Of a stretch of 64,000 nucleotides of DNA, positions 1 to 9,158 are shown one piece after another. The position numbers and the translations under genes were made by a program. The notes beneath the pieces are model-generated. The model was not told the origin of the DNA. It made no database searches and saw only the letters and a list, made by a program, of their open reading frames with translations. The stretch is from an uncultured Rhodospirillaceae bacterium (GTDB lineage Bacteria > Pseudomonadota > Alphaproteobacteria > MPNO01 > UBA830): the NCBI GenBank assembly GCA_964412235.1, contig CAYPNT010000005.1, forward strand, positions 5,879-69,878, given 5' to 3'. Position 1 is the stretch's first letter. The number at the start of each line of letters is the position of its first letter.

Positions 1-1200
1 CACGGCGGTATTCTCTGTACCTTTATTAAAGATTGGTACCGGATGCAGGTTTGTGCCGTGCAAAATGGAAAAGGAAAACGGGGATTTCATAGTTGGGTGC
101 ATGGTGAAGAGGTTTCGGGGCCTCGCACGCTTACTGATAAAAAAATGGCACTTAATCGTTGCGATATGCACCGTGACATCCAGCGGCGTGAAATGGAAGA
201 TGATTGGTACAGGGCGCGTCAAGCAGATTTTAAAAATATCGAAGTTCCCATGCTGACTGCGGCGAGTTGGGGTGGTCAGGGACTACATCCACGAGGAAAT
301 TTTGAGGGTTTTTATCAGTCTGCCTCCACAGAAAAATGGCTGGAATGCCATGGGATGGAACATTGGACAGAATTCTACACTAATTATGGTGTGAAACTTC
401 AAAAACAGTTTTTCGGATATTTTTTAAAGAATGAAAAAAACGGTTGGGGCAAGAAACCACGGGTGCTGCTTAAGGTCAGACATGTTGGTGAGAATTTTAT
501 CGAACGGGGTGAAAATGAATGGCCTCTACAACGTACGACGTGGAAAAAACTCTTTTTAGATCCCGTCAAACTAAATCTTGAACGAAAAAAACCGGCGAAA
601 AAAAGTTCAATTTCCTATAATGCAATGGGCGATGGTCTTACGTTCTTTCTACCACCTATGCGAGGGGACACAGAAATAACAGGTCCTCTTGCCGCTAAAT
701 TGTTCGTATCTTCTTCTACAAATGATGCAGATCTATTTGTCATTGTTCGATTGTTTACCCCGGATATGAGGGAGGTAACGTTTAAAGGTACGGTGGATCC
801 ACATACGCCGATAGCTCAGGGCTGGCTGCGGGCGTCACACCGGAAGCTAGACCCTAAAAAGTCACGAAAATGGCGTCCATGGCACACCCATGATGAAAAA
901 CAACATCTTAAACCTGGTAAGGTTTACGAATTGGACATTGAAATTTGGCCAACCTGTATTGTCGTCCCGGCTGGATACCGATTGGCCTTAACAATACGGG
1001 GAAAAGACTATGAATATTCGGGGGCCGCACTGCACCTTTCTAACTTTGCTCACCCTTTGAGTGGGTGTGGTCCCTTCTTGCATAATGATCCGATAGATAG
1101 ACCCAAAGATATCTTTGGAGGAAAGGTCACTATTCATACGGGGCCCAAAAACCCATCCTATCTTTTGGTTCCGATCGTCCCGCCTAAAGGTTCCGTATAA
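1..1200 (+). CDS. CocE/NonD family hydrolase (X-Pro dipeptidyl-peptidase-type C-terminal domain); 5' end lies outside the window
   Basis: Frame 1 is open from base 1 (HGGILCTFIKDWYR precedes the first listed Met at 43), so the ORF enters from upstream. Stop is TAA 1198-1200. The translation (WGGQGLHPRGNFEGFYQ, GWLRASHRKLDP) matches my recollection of CocE/NonD-family C-terminal halves. No search was run. Confidence 0.6.
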   Translation, partial: HGGILCTFIKDWYRMQVCAVQNGKGKRGFHSWVHGEEVSGPRTLTDKKMALNRCDMHRDIQRREMEDDWYRARQADFKNIEVPMLTAASWGGQGLHPRGNFEGFYQSASTEKWLECHGMEHWTEFYTNYGVKLQKQFFGYFLKNEKNGWGKKPRVLLKVRHVGENFIERGENEWPLQRTTWKKLFLDPVKLNLERKKPAKKSSISYNAMGDGLTFFLPPMRGDTEITGPLAAKLFVSSSTNDADLFVIVRLFTPDMREVTFKGTVDPHTPIAQGWLRASHRKLDPKKSRKWRPWHTHDEKQHLKPGKVYELDIEIWPTCIVVPAGYRLALTIRGKDYEYSGAALHLSNFAHPLSGCGPFLHNDPIDRPKDIFGGKVTIHTGPKNPSYLLVPIVPPKGSV

Positions 1201-1451
1201 AATGTAATCTTTCTTAATATGTGGCGAGGTTGGTTAACTATAAATATGTCTACAGCTTGTAGTTGATTAAAGACGGTTGATACATACCATAGAAGCTCTT
1301 TTAGGATTTTAATGGCCGCTGTGATCGCCTTGTTATCTTTTTAATGAGAAATCAAAAGCGAAAACCGGCGTTGGATCGACCATAGCTATTTTTTTGGTCA
1401 TAAATTTGTTAAGTTCTTTAGATGCAAATAAAAAAAGTTTGGGAGAAAAAT

Positions 1452-2132
1452 ATGCCGGGAACCGTTACTGAAAGCCCTGTTACTCTGAAAGAATATGGGT
1501 CGATGACCATGCTGGAGCGAGAAGCGATATGGTTAGAGATTTCCGATATTACAGAGGAACAATTTAGAACCCACATGGTGCATGAAAAGGACCGCGAGGC
1601 GGATGTTCCGGCCGTTGGTGCGTATGCACCGGATTTTACAGCAGATGTTTTAGGAGATAACCGACAGAGGACCGGTGATAAGGTAGTTTTATCCGAGCTT
1701 CGAGGAAAACCCGTTGCGATAGCATTTGGGTCGTACACCTGACCCCCATTTCGGGGTAAGGCCGTGCGCCTTAACGAACTTTACAGAAAGTACAAGGACC
1801 AGGTTCAGTTCTATATAATTTACATACGTGAGGCACATCCGGCGGATGGATGGCAAGTTCCTAATAATTTGATTGAAAGCATCATTTATGATGAGCCCTC
1901 GACGGATGAAGAACGAACAGAGGTCGCGTCAGCCTGCCAGATAAACTTGAGTCTTGATATGCCAATGCTAATTGATTCTATCGGTAATGATATTGACAAA
2001 AAGTACGTTGGCCTTCCGATGCGGCAATTTCTTATCGGTGCAGATGGCAAGATCATTTACGCAGGAGACAAGGGACCGTTTGGCTGGAATGATGAGGCTT
2101 TTGAGGAAGAACTTAAGAAGTTAATTAAATAA
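1452..2132 (+). CDS. Iodothyronine-deiodinase-like thioredoxin-fold selenoprotein; in-frame TGA 1740-1742 read as selenocysteine
   Basis: ORFs 1422..1742 and 1764..2132 share one frame and are separated only by TGA plus 7 sense codons. The joined product reads KPVAIAFGSYT-U-PPFRGKAVRLNELYRKYKDQVQFYIIYIREAHPADGW, which matches the deiodinase active-site block (FGSCT-U-PPF ... IYI.EAHP.DGW). The second ORF has no ATG or SD of its own; its listed start is an internal GTG. ATG 1452 has GGGAGA ending 6 nt upstream. ATG 1422 is an alternative start. Confidence 0.8.
1757..1773 (+). promoter_or_regulatory. Candidate bacterial SECIS hairpin (TAAGGC-CGTGC-GCCTTA)
   Basis: A perfect 6-bp stem with a 5-nt loop containing GU starts 15 nt after the TGA, so the loop lies 23-27 nt from the U of UGA. 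A smaller CCCC/GGGG hairpin (1743-1756) lies in between. It was folded by eye only. Confidence 0.5.
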
Positions 2133-2269
2133 ACGGACTTCTATACGATGTACTTGGCGATCAGGGCAGAAAAAATGGATATTTTGCCAAAGTTTTGGGT
2201 GTGGTCCGGTTGAGCAGCTAAGTGTGTCTGAAATAAGATTTTACAGGATACCTGAGGTTAACCAAGCCG

Positions 2270-3742
2270 ATGGCAGGCATGAAAAAATATGAAGCAGACG
2301 TAGCAATAATCGGCTCGGGTGGAGCGGGGATCGCTGCTGGCATCGAAGCAATTGATTCCGGCGCAAAGGTTATCACCGTTGAAAAAGCGGATTTTCCTGG
2401 TGGTGCCGCCATTATTTCAGGCGGTGGTTGTTGCATTGTTGGGTCACCGGTCCAAAAGGCGCTTGGGATTGAAGATAATCCAGATTTAGCTTTTGAAGAT
2501 TGGGTCAATTGGGGCGGTCCGTCGACAGATGCTGTTTGGGCACGCTATTACCTGGAACACTCTCTTCACGATCTATACTACTGGGCCGAAGCACTCGGTG
2601 TTGAGTGGGTTGATATGAAACCACAAGAGGGAAATTCCGTAATGCGTTGGACACGTCCAGTTGGTAACGGGCAGGGTCTAACCCAGACGTTGATTGATTC
2701 CTTCAGATCCAAAGGCGGTCAAATAGTAACGAACACAGAAGTTATCAATATTACTGCAAAAAACGGAAAAGTGGTCGGGTTTACAGGGAGAACGAAAGGC
2801 GGAAACGAAGAGGTAATCGTTAAAAGCAAAGCGGTTGTCGTAACGACGGGTGGTTTCAACTCAAATTTGGATATGGTTTTCGGTGTTCGCCCTGAGTTAA
2901 AAAACTTCAAAGTAATGGAGGGATCGGGTCGGGGTTCCACGGGGGATGGCCATAAAATGGTATCTCGTGTTGGTGGTTATCTCACTCACATGGACCACGT
3001 TTGGTTCTATTGTTACGCGACCCCCGACTACCTTGACCACCAAGGTAAACGCGGTCTCGTGTGCCGGCAAATTCCGGGATACGTTTGGGTCAACCAACAG
3101 GGAAAACGTTTTCACAACGAAGCGCTTTCCGGCGGCAACTCCATGAGTCCAGCAATGTTGGCACAAAACCCTCCACATGCATGGGCAATTGTGGATACCC
3201 CGATGAAATCTCGATTGGAAATTGCTGATCCCTATTACAGGGACGGGGATCAAATCATTCGACAGAAGGTCGAAGAATTACTCCACAATTCACCATTTAT
3301 TAAAAAGGCTGAAACCCTAAAGGAGCTGGCGCACGCTATGGGGGTGGATGAAACGAACTTCTTAGCCGACATAAATGCTTACAACGAAGCAATACAAAAA
3401 GGCTTAGATAGGGAACCAGCATTTGGTAAGCCCCTCGCTCAATCCAAGGCTTTTGACACTCCACCTTATTTTGCAATTCAGTTTTTTCCACTTGCGCGTA
3501 AGAATTTTGGTGGCATAAAGACTGATATTCGTTGCCGTGTTCTTGATAAACACTTCGAACCCATTACCGGCCTATATGGTGCCGGTGAATTATGTGGTAT
3601 GGCCGGCGGCCATATTAATGGTCGTGCGGGGCTAGAGGGTACGATGCTTGGACCTTCTTTATTTAGCGGCAGGGTTGCAGGTGGTTGGGCCGCCAACGAG
3701 GCGGGTTTTGGCGCCGGTTTTGAGGGGAAGCCGAACCGGTAA
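2270..3742 (+). CDS. FAD-dependent oxidoreductase (fumarate reductase / 3-ketosteroid dehydrogenase-like flavoprotein family)
   Basis: The N-terminal DVAIIGSGGAGIAAGIEA is a dinucleotide-binding motif. The C-terminal GLYGAGELCGMAGGHINGRAGLEG is typical of FAD_binding_2-type flavoproteins. The product is 490 aa. Confidence 0.7.
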   Translation: MAGMKKYEADVAIIGSGGAGIAAGIEAIDSGAKVITVEKADFPGGAAIISGGGCCIVGSPVQKALGIEDNPDLAFEDWVNWGGPSTDAVWARYYLEHSLHDLYYWAEALGVEWVDMKPQEGNSVMRWTRPVGNGQGLTQTLIDSFRSKGGQIVTNTEVINITAKNGKVVGFTGRTKGGNEEVIVKSKAVVVTTGGFNSNLDMVFGVRPELKNFKVMEGSGRGSTGDGHKMVSRVGGYLTHMDHVWFYCYATPDYLDHQGKRGLVCRQIPGYVWVNQQGKRFHNEALSGGNSMSPAMLAQNPPHAWAIVDTPMKSRLEIADPYYRDGDQIIRQKVEELLHNSPFIKKAETLKELAHAMGVDETNFLADINAYNEAIQKGLDREPAFGKPLAQSKAFDTPPYFAIQFFPLARKNFGGIKTDIRCRVLDKHFEPITGLYGAGELCGMAGGHINGRAGLEGTMLGPSLFSGRVAGGWAANEAGFGAGFEGKPNR

Positions 3743-3758
3743 CTAAAGGGCTTTATTG

Positions 3759-4874
3759 CTAGCCGGTTTGATGCAGGGGCGTTTTACGCACACCGGCTTG
3801 TTCGAGTCGGGGAAGCACTTCATCTCGGAAGTACGGGAAGTGTTCAATGTAATTTACGAAGCCCATAGCGAAAGCATCGACACCTTGATTGTGTATATTC
3901 AGTAAAAGGTTTGCGACATCGTCAGGATCTCCAACTATCGGATAGGCGCCGTTTCCCCCGGCGGCTCTCTGATTGAGATTCGCGATCAGTTTAGGGGACA
4001 AATTATCAAAGTGCCCTCGGGCAATACGGCCGGTTATTAAATTTTGTGCCGCTTCTTTATCGGCCATCTCGACGGCGTAATAATCGTGATATTCTACTGC
4101 CTCTTTTCTGGTTGATCGACAAACAACATAGCAATTTGTAAAGACACCTATATCGCGCCCATAGCTTTTAGCGGTCAATTTAAGTTCGCCAATATCTGAT
4201 CCGATATTTTCTACCTCGGATCTAATTCCTGTGAACATCATATCGGTATTACGAGCTGCAAAGTCCCGCCCTCGCTCGGAACTCCCAGCACTCACAATTA
4301 GGGGTCGGTTAGTTGAATAGGGCTTTGGTTCTGCGAGAACATTTTGTACGGAATAAAATTCGCCCTCATAGTCGAAGGGTTCCGGCTCCGACCAGGCTCG
4401 GGTTATTATTTCGACCCATTCTTGGCCCTGGTCGTACCGGCGATCATGCTCGTTCAAACTTATCCCGGCCATAGCAAATTCTTTTGGGTTCCATCCGCAC
4501 ACGATGTTGAGACCAAAACGACCCCGTCCGATAAGATCGGCCGTTACCATTTGTTTTGCGGCTACTACTGGATTAAACAGCGCAACATGTACTGTTCCAA
4601 AGGCCATTATTTTTTCGGTTGAGGCCAATATTCCCGCCGCCCAGCTTAAGGTTTCGAGGACGCCACCATTGTGATCCGTTTCTCCGCCGTAACCCCTCCA
4701 TCTCCCAAGTGGCAACAGAAAGTCGAGGCCGGCGTCATCGGCAATCTGTGCTGCTTTTAAATTTTCATCCCATGTTCCATTCCAACGTTCGGGCACTAAC
4801 GTTGCAGCGAGACCACCAGAACAATTAAGGCCAAAAAACCCCAATTTAAGTTTGTTTTGGTCATAAGGGCGCAA
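3759..4874 (-). CDS. LLM-class (luciferase-like) flavin-dependent oxidoreductase
   Basis: 371 aa. The N-terminal KLGFFGLNCSGG and the overall pattern are typical of luciferase-like monooxygenases. It lies 7 nt downstream of the 2OG oxygenase gene on the same strand. Confidence 0.7.
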   Translation of the reverse strand: MRPYDQNKLKLGFFGLNCSGGLAATLVPERWNGTWDENLKAAQIADDAGLDFLLPLGRWRGYGGETDHNGGVLETLSWAAGILASTEKIMAFGTVHVALFNPVVAAKQMVTADLIGRGRFGLNIVCGWNPKEFAMAGISLNEHDRRYDQGQEWVEIITRAWSEPEPFDYEGEFYSVQNVLAEPKPYSTNRPLIVSAGSSERGRDFAARNTDMMFTGIRSEVENIGSDIGELKLTAKSYGRDIGVFTNCYVVCRSTRKEAVEYHDYYAVEMADKEAAQNLITGRIARGHFDNLSPKLIANLNQRAAGGNGAYPIVGDPDDVANLLLNIHNQGVDAFAMGFVNYIEHFPYFRDEVLPRLEQAGVRKTPLHQTG

Positions 4875-4881
4875 ATATTTT

Positions 4882-5838
4882 TCAGTAAGTGCGATCGTAC
4901 ATCTCGCGAAGGTGAGCTTCCACGGTGGTGGGTGGATACTTTGGTGTCTCCCCTTGTTCGAGACAACAATCGAGCGCGACTACTTTATGAGCGAGATTTC
5001 CATTATAGAAAAAAGGTACCGAATAACGCTCCTTTCCAGAGGTGTTGATTACACGATGGAGCGTGGATTGGTATTTATCATTCGTCCATCGCGATATCAT
5101 GTCGGCAAGATTTACGATAAACGTTTCGGGAATTGGAGGGGCATTAATCCAATTATTGTTTCGCGTGCAAATTTGCAACCCACCGTTTGAATCTTGCAGT
5201 AGTATCGTTATACCCCCGAAGTCGGTATGTGCGCCACAACCCTTCTCGCCCGGGTTCGGGTTCGCTGGCTGGGGTGGGTAATGTAGTAATTTCAATGCTG
5301 TTAGTGGCTCGTGACAAAAACCTGAAAAATAGTCGTCTTCAAGTTCTAAGGACAACGCCAAACCGCTCATCAGTAGTTTTCCTAAGGACAGCATTTCGGC
5401 GTAATACCTCATCATGGTTTCTTTAAACCCCACTAGCTCTGTTGGCCATTGGTTGGGTCCAAGATTAAAATTTCCACGTTGCAGGCGAGGATGCCCCAAA
5501 GGAATTTCTTCGCCGATATAAAGTCCTTCCTTTAGGTCTGGTGGGTTGCCGTCTTCCAAAGTTTGACCGCCTAGTGGTTCAAAGCCTCTGTTGTGCGGTG
5601 AATGCGCCATATCAATCTTTTTCTTTTTGTCTTCAGGTAGACAGAAAAACGCCGATGCTTGGGCAAAAACTTCGGCTTGAAGCGCGCGGTCGACCCCATG
5701 GCCGACGACATACATAAAGCCCAGGTTCAAGCAGGCTGTGCGGATTTCAGTGGCAACGGCAGTGCGCGATGAGCGATCGGTGCTCCGGAGCCTCGATACA
5801 TCAATTATAGGCAGCGTGTATTCCAAGGTCTGATTCAC
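4882..5838 (-). CDS. 2-oxoglutarate/Fe(II)-dependent oxygenase (isopenicillin N synthase family)
   Basis: GAHTDFGGITILLQD (HxD), a distal STLHRV His and ERYSVPFF (RxS) together give the classic 2OG oxygenase facial triad and 2OG-binding motifs. Confidence 0.75.
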   Translation of the reverse strand: MNQTLEYTLPIIDVSRLRSTDRSSRTAVATEIRTACLNLGFMYVVGHGVDRALQAEVFAQASAFFCLPEDKKKKIDMAHSPHNRGFEPLGGQTLEDGNPPDLKEGLYIGEEIPLGHPRLQRGNFNLGPNQWPTELVGFKETMMRYYAEMLSLGKLLMSGLALSLELEDDYFSGFCHEPLTALKLLHYPPQPANPNPGEKGCGAHTDFGGITILLQDSNGGLQICTRNNNWINAPPIPETFIVNLADMISRWTNDKYQSTLHRVINTSGKERYSVPFFYNGNLAHKVVALDCCLEQGETPKYPPTTVEAHLREMYDRTY

Positions 5839-5967
5839 ACTTCGTTTATCTAATTAGGGCTAAATTGCCCAACTACTCCATAATTAAAAACGATATTCGA
5901 GAAAACGTCACCCCTTATGGTGCCCTGCAATGATTTCTCGTAAAACTCACCCAAAGAACTTACTGGA

Positions 5968-7200
5968 ATGAGAATGTCTAGGACGTGGTTACAAAGTCCC
6001 TACGTGGTCCTGTTTTGTGCTGTTGGTATTGTTTTTTTCGCCTACGGTAGTCGCCAGAGCTTCGGTATATATCTTAAACCGATTACGGCGGATCTTGGGT
6101 GGGGCCGAGAGAGTTTATCACTCGTTTTTGGTGCCCAAGCACTTATTTATGGCATGGCTGCCCCATTTGTTGGAGCAATTGCCGATAAGTGGGGCCCTAT
6201 TAAGGTCATGCTAGTTTCCTCATTTATGTATTCCGCGGGCATATATTTCATGACCGAGTCAACTACACAGGCCGGTATGCTTCTGAGTGCAAGTTTTCTG
6301 GGTGGTGTTGGATCGGCCGGCTGTGCGTTGTCTCTTGTCCTCGCTGTTGCCAGCCGCGTCGCTCCCGAGGAAAAGCGTGGTTTGTGGCTTGGAATTATCA
6401 CTTCTGGCGGAACAGGCGGTCAGCTTGTCCTTGTTCCCGCGGGTCAGTTAATAATGAATGAGCACGGTTGGGTGGTTGCCTTGATTGCGTTGGCGCTTTT
6501 CGTTCTCATGATCCTTCCCTTAGCATTAACGTTGGGCGCGTCGGCAGGAGACGCCGTTAACAGCAAGAAGGAGGGCCAAAGTCTTAAACAGGCTCTATAT
6601 GAGGCAAAGCAGCACCGAGGTTTCTGGCTTCTGGTTCTCGGTTTTTTTACATGTGGTTTTCAAGTTCAATATATCAACAGTCACCTCCCGGCATACCTTA
6701 CAGACATGCAACTAGACCCTATTATCGGCGCGACAGCTATTTCAGTGATCAGTCTTTTTAATATGATGGGCACCTGGTGCGCTGGTTGGTTGGGCGATCG
6801 ATACCGAAAGAAAAATGTCCTTGCTTTGATTTACTTTTTTCGGTCGCTGTTGTTCATGATTTTTATTTTGTGTCCCTTAAGTGCCTGGTCAGTCTATATT
6901 TTTTCGGCTTGCATAGGACTTCTCTGGTTGGCAACCGTGCCTCTCACATCGGGGATTGTCTTTGGGATGTTTGGTCCACGGTATATGGCAACTCTTTACG
7001 GAATTGTTTTTCTCGGCCATCAGGTCGGCAGTTTTTCAAGTGCATGGTTGGGTGGGTTTATCTGGGACCAGACAGGTTCATACCATATTGCCTGGTGGAT
7101 CATTATCATCGGCGGCGCGCTCGCATCGCTCCTGCATTGGCCTATCGATGATCGCTCAGTTGAGGAAGTCTTAAATGATAGAAAAAATATCGTCGTTTGA
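5968..7200 (+). CDS. MFS transporter
   Basis: 410 aa and highly hydrophobic, with about 12 predicted helices judged by eye. It has an MFS-like loop (GAIADKWGP). It is divergent from the oxygenase operon. Confidence 0.7.
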   Translation: MRMSRTWLQSPYVVLFCAVGIVFFAYGSRQSFGIYLKPITADLGWGRESLSLVFGAQALIYGMAAPFVGAIADKWGPIKVMLVSSFMYSAGIYFMTESTTQAGMLLSASFLGGVGSAGCALSLVLAVASRVAPEEKRGLWLGIITSGGTGGQLVLVPAGQLIMNEHGWVVALIALALFVLMILPLALTLGASAGDAVNSKKEGQSLKQALYEAKQHRGFWLLVLGFFTCGFQVQYINSHLPAYLTDMQLDPIIGATAISVISLFNMMGTWCAGWLGDRYRKKNVLALIYFFRSLLFMIFILCPLSAWSVYIFSACIGLLWLATVPLTSGIVFGMFGPRYMATLYGIVFLGHQVGSFSSAWLGGFIWDQTGSYHIAWWIIIIGGALASLLHWPIDDRSVEEVLNDRKNIVV

Positions 7201-7203
7201 CCA

Positions 7204-7962
7204 TCAAAGCATGCGTCTAAACATTGCAAATATTTGTTCCCAGTCGCTGTTTGTTGCCCGTGGATTATAAACGTCGCGGTCCGGTATAGCATAGCCGTGT
7301 TCAGTTTCTTCATGAATGGTGAATCTTGCTGTTGCTTCGCCTCCTGTAAAAGACGACCTCAAAGCTTCAACAACGTCTGATGGCGTAAATGGATCATTTG
7401 CTCCGATACCAAAGTAAATTTCGCCCCTGATGTTCTTTGAGACGCGGTGGGGGGAACCCGGTTGGGAGGTTACAAGCGATGTACCGTGGAAGCTCGCTGT
7501 TGCCCTAAAGACGTCTGAAAGCGATGCGGCTACGTTGACGACGTGTCTGCCACCCATACAGTAGCCAAAGCAGCCAGCGAACCCATCTGATACACAATCC
7601 ATTTGACGTAACTGAGTTATTAGTGCAGCAGTGTCACTGACAACCATCTCATCTGTAAGATGGGCGTTGTAATCTAGCAGTTCGTTGCGATCTTCATCCG
7701 TGAGTATAGAAATTGATTTGGTTCGGCCGTCTGCATGCCGATGGTCAAAATGATTATTTCCTGATCGGTAATAAAGGCTGGGCGCGGCGCAGACGAATCC
7801 GTTTTCTGCAACGAAACGTGCAATGTCACGCAGTTGGTTGCGCATTCCCCAAATATCCATGTAAAGAATGATTACTGGAAAGGGCCCCTGGCCAGCGGGT
7901 AAAGCCACAAAAGTTGGCATAACACCGTTTCGAGTTGTGACGTTTATCGAGACTTCTGGCAT
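7204..7962 (-). CDS. Dienelactone hydrolase family protein
   Basis: 252 aa. It has a nucleophile elbow with Cys (GYCMGG) and the overall DLH pattern (PVIILYMDIWG, FHG). Confidence 0.7.
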   Translation of the reverse strand: MPEVSINVTTRNGVMPTFVALPAGQGPFPVIILYMDIWGMRNQLRDIARFVAENGFVCAAPSLYYRSGNNHFDHRHADGRTKSISILTDEDRNELLDYNAHLTDEMVVSDTAALITQLRQMDCVSDGFAGCFGYCMGGRHVVNVAASLSDVFRATASFHGTSLVTSQPGSPHRVSKNIRGEIYFGIGANDPFTPSDVVEALRSSFTGGEATARFTIHEETEHGYAIPDRDVYNPRATNSDWEQIFAMFRRML

Positions 7963-8043
7963 TATGCGTTCCGTGTTTACTTGTTGTTATTCTATGTATT
8001 TATCAGTTATTGCGTTCAATCAATAGTTTGAGGAGAAAGACTG

Positions 8044-8871
8044 GTGACGCAAACTAGCACAATAAAAGATAACACGATTGAAGGTGTGTTGACGTTTGCT
8101 GTGGATAATGGCGAAAAAATTGTCAACGAAACAATGGCCGAGGGCGACATGAGCCGTCGCCGTACCGGCGAAGTTGAGAAAAGGGCCATGAAAATACGAA
8201 ATGGCCGCACCCTTCGGCATACTTTTGATATAGAGGCCCAAGGGTTTGAATTTTTAGATCATTACACGGGAATGATCGATTTTTTTGATACCGAAGAGTT
8301 GAAATCTGTCTATTACAAAGAGATCGAGGCCCTCGTACAACAACGGACTGGTGCTGCACGAGTGCATGTCTTTGATCATACACTGAGGTCGGGTGATGGG
8401 GCAACACGAAACGAGAGATTGCTGAGAGAACCTGTTGCCCGGGTGCACAATGATTATACAGACTGGTCCGGGCCTAATAGAGTACGTGATTTGCTTCCGG
8501 ATGAGTCAGAAGATTTGCTTTGTCGAAGGTTCGCAATTGTTCAGGTGTGGCGTGCGATCGGCAGTCCAATTGAAGCAGACCCTCTGGCAATATGTGATGC
8601 GCGAACGCTAGTTAAACACGACCTTTTGGTGTCGGAACGTCGCTATCCAAACCGTATCGGACAGACCTATCAGGTTGCATACAACCCCGATCAAGATTGG
8701 TACTACTTCCCTAAGATGACGCGTGATGAAGCTTTGATTTTCAAGGTTTTTGACTCTGCGATGGACGGCCGCGCTCGATTTACGGCGCATTCGGCCTTTT
8801 CGGATCCTCACAGCCCAGAAAATGCACTGCCGCGAGAAAGCATTGAGATGCGTACTTTTGCATTCTTTTGA
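8044..8871 (+). CDS. CmcJ/NvfI-family oxidoreductase-like protein
   Basis: GTG start preceded by GAGGAG. The blocks RVHNDYT, FAIVQVWR, PLAICDARTL, WYYFPKMTRDEALIFK and RESIEMRTFAFF match my memory of this family. No search was run. Confidence 0.55.
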   Translation: MTQTSTIKDNTIEGVLTFAVDNGEKIVNETMAEGDMSRRRTGEVEKRAMKIRNGRTLRHTFDIEAQGFEFLDHYTGMIDFFDTEELKSVYYKEIEALVQQRTGAARVHVFDHTLRSGDGATRNERLLREPVARVHNDYTDWSGPNRVRDLLPDESEDLLCRRFAIVQVWRAIGSPIEADPLAICDARTLVKHDLLVSERRYPNRIGQTYQVAYNPDQDWYYFPKMTRDEALIFKVFDSAMDGRARFTAHSAFSDPHSPENALPRESIEMRTFAFF

Positions 8872-9158
8872 ACTAGGGATATGGTTTTCAACAGAGCATC
8901 TCCGGATTGCTACTGAAAACATTGACCACCTCCGGGTGCTGGACGGTGATGAGTATTGTCTTTAGTTCGGCTTATTTGAGGGCCCCACAGGTGCGACAGT
9001 TCAACCAGGGCACCCAATTACCCCCTACTAGGGGCCGACAAATAGTTTTTCCAGAGGGGGCAGGGTGGTCGAGACCGATATTTCCCGCTGGCTTGTATAA
9101 CTTTGCCTTGTGCGCCGCCGACGCATATAAAACCCCTTGTATAAATGGAGTGTTACCG

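Noticed and set aside
1740-1742. Reading the TGA as a genuine stop, or the locus as a pseudogene of a Cys-type deiodinase-like gene.
   Set aside because: The stop sits exactly at the catalytic Sec/Cys position, and the downstream 122 codons remain open and conserved-looking. The downstream half lacks its own start signals, and a suitably placed hairpin follows. A pseudogene cannot be fully excluded without sel genes or orthologues.
8907-9158. An 84-codon N-terminal extension of the UbiD ORF as listed in the track (start 8907).
   Set aside because: The extension is low-complexity-like and has no counterpart in the paralogue. ATG 9159 has a good SD and aligns with the paralogue start (MDGIAGQRSYRDLQEH versus MSDAQSRGYNDLQDH).
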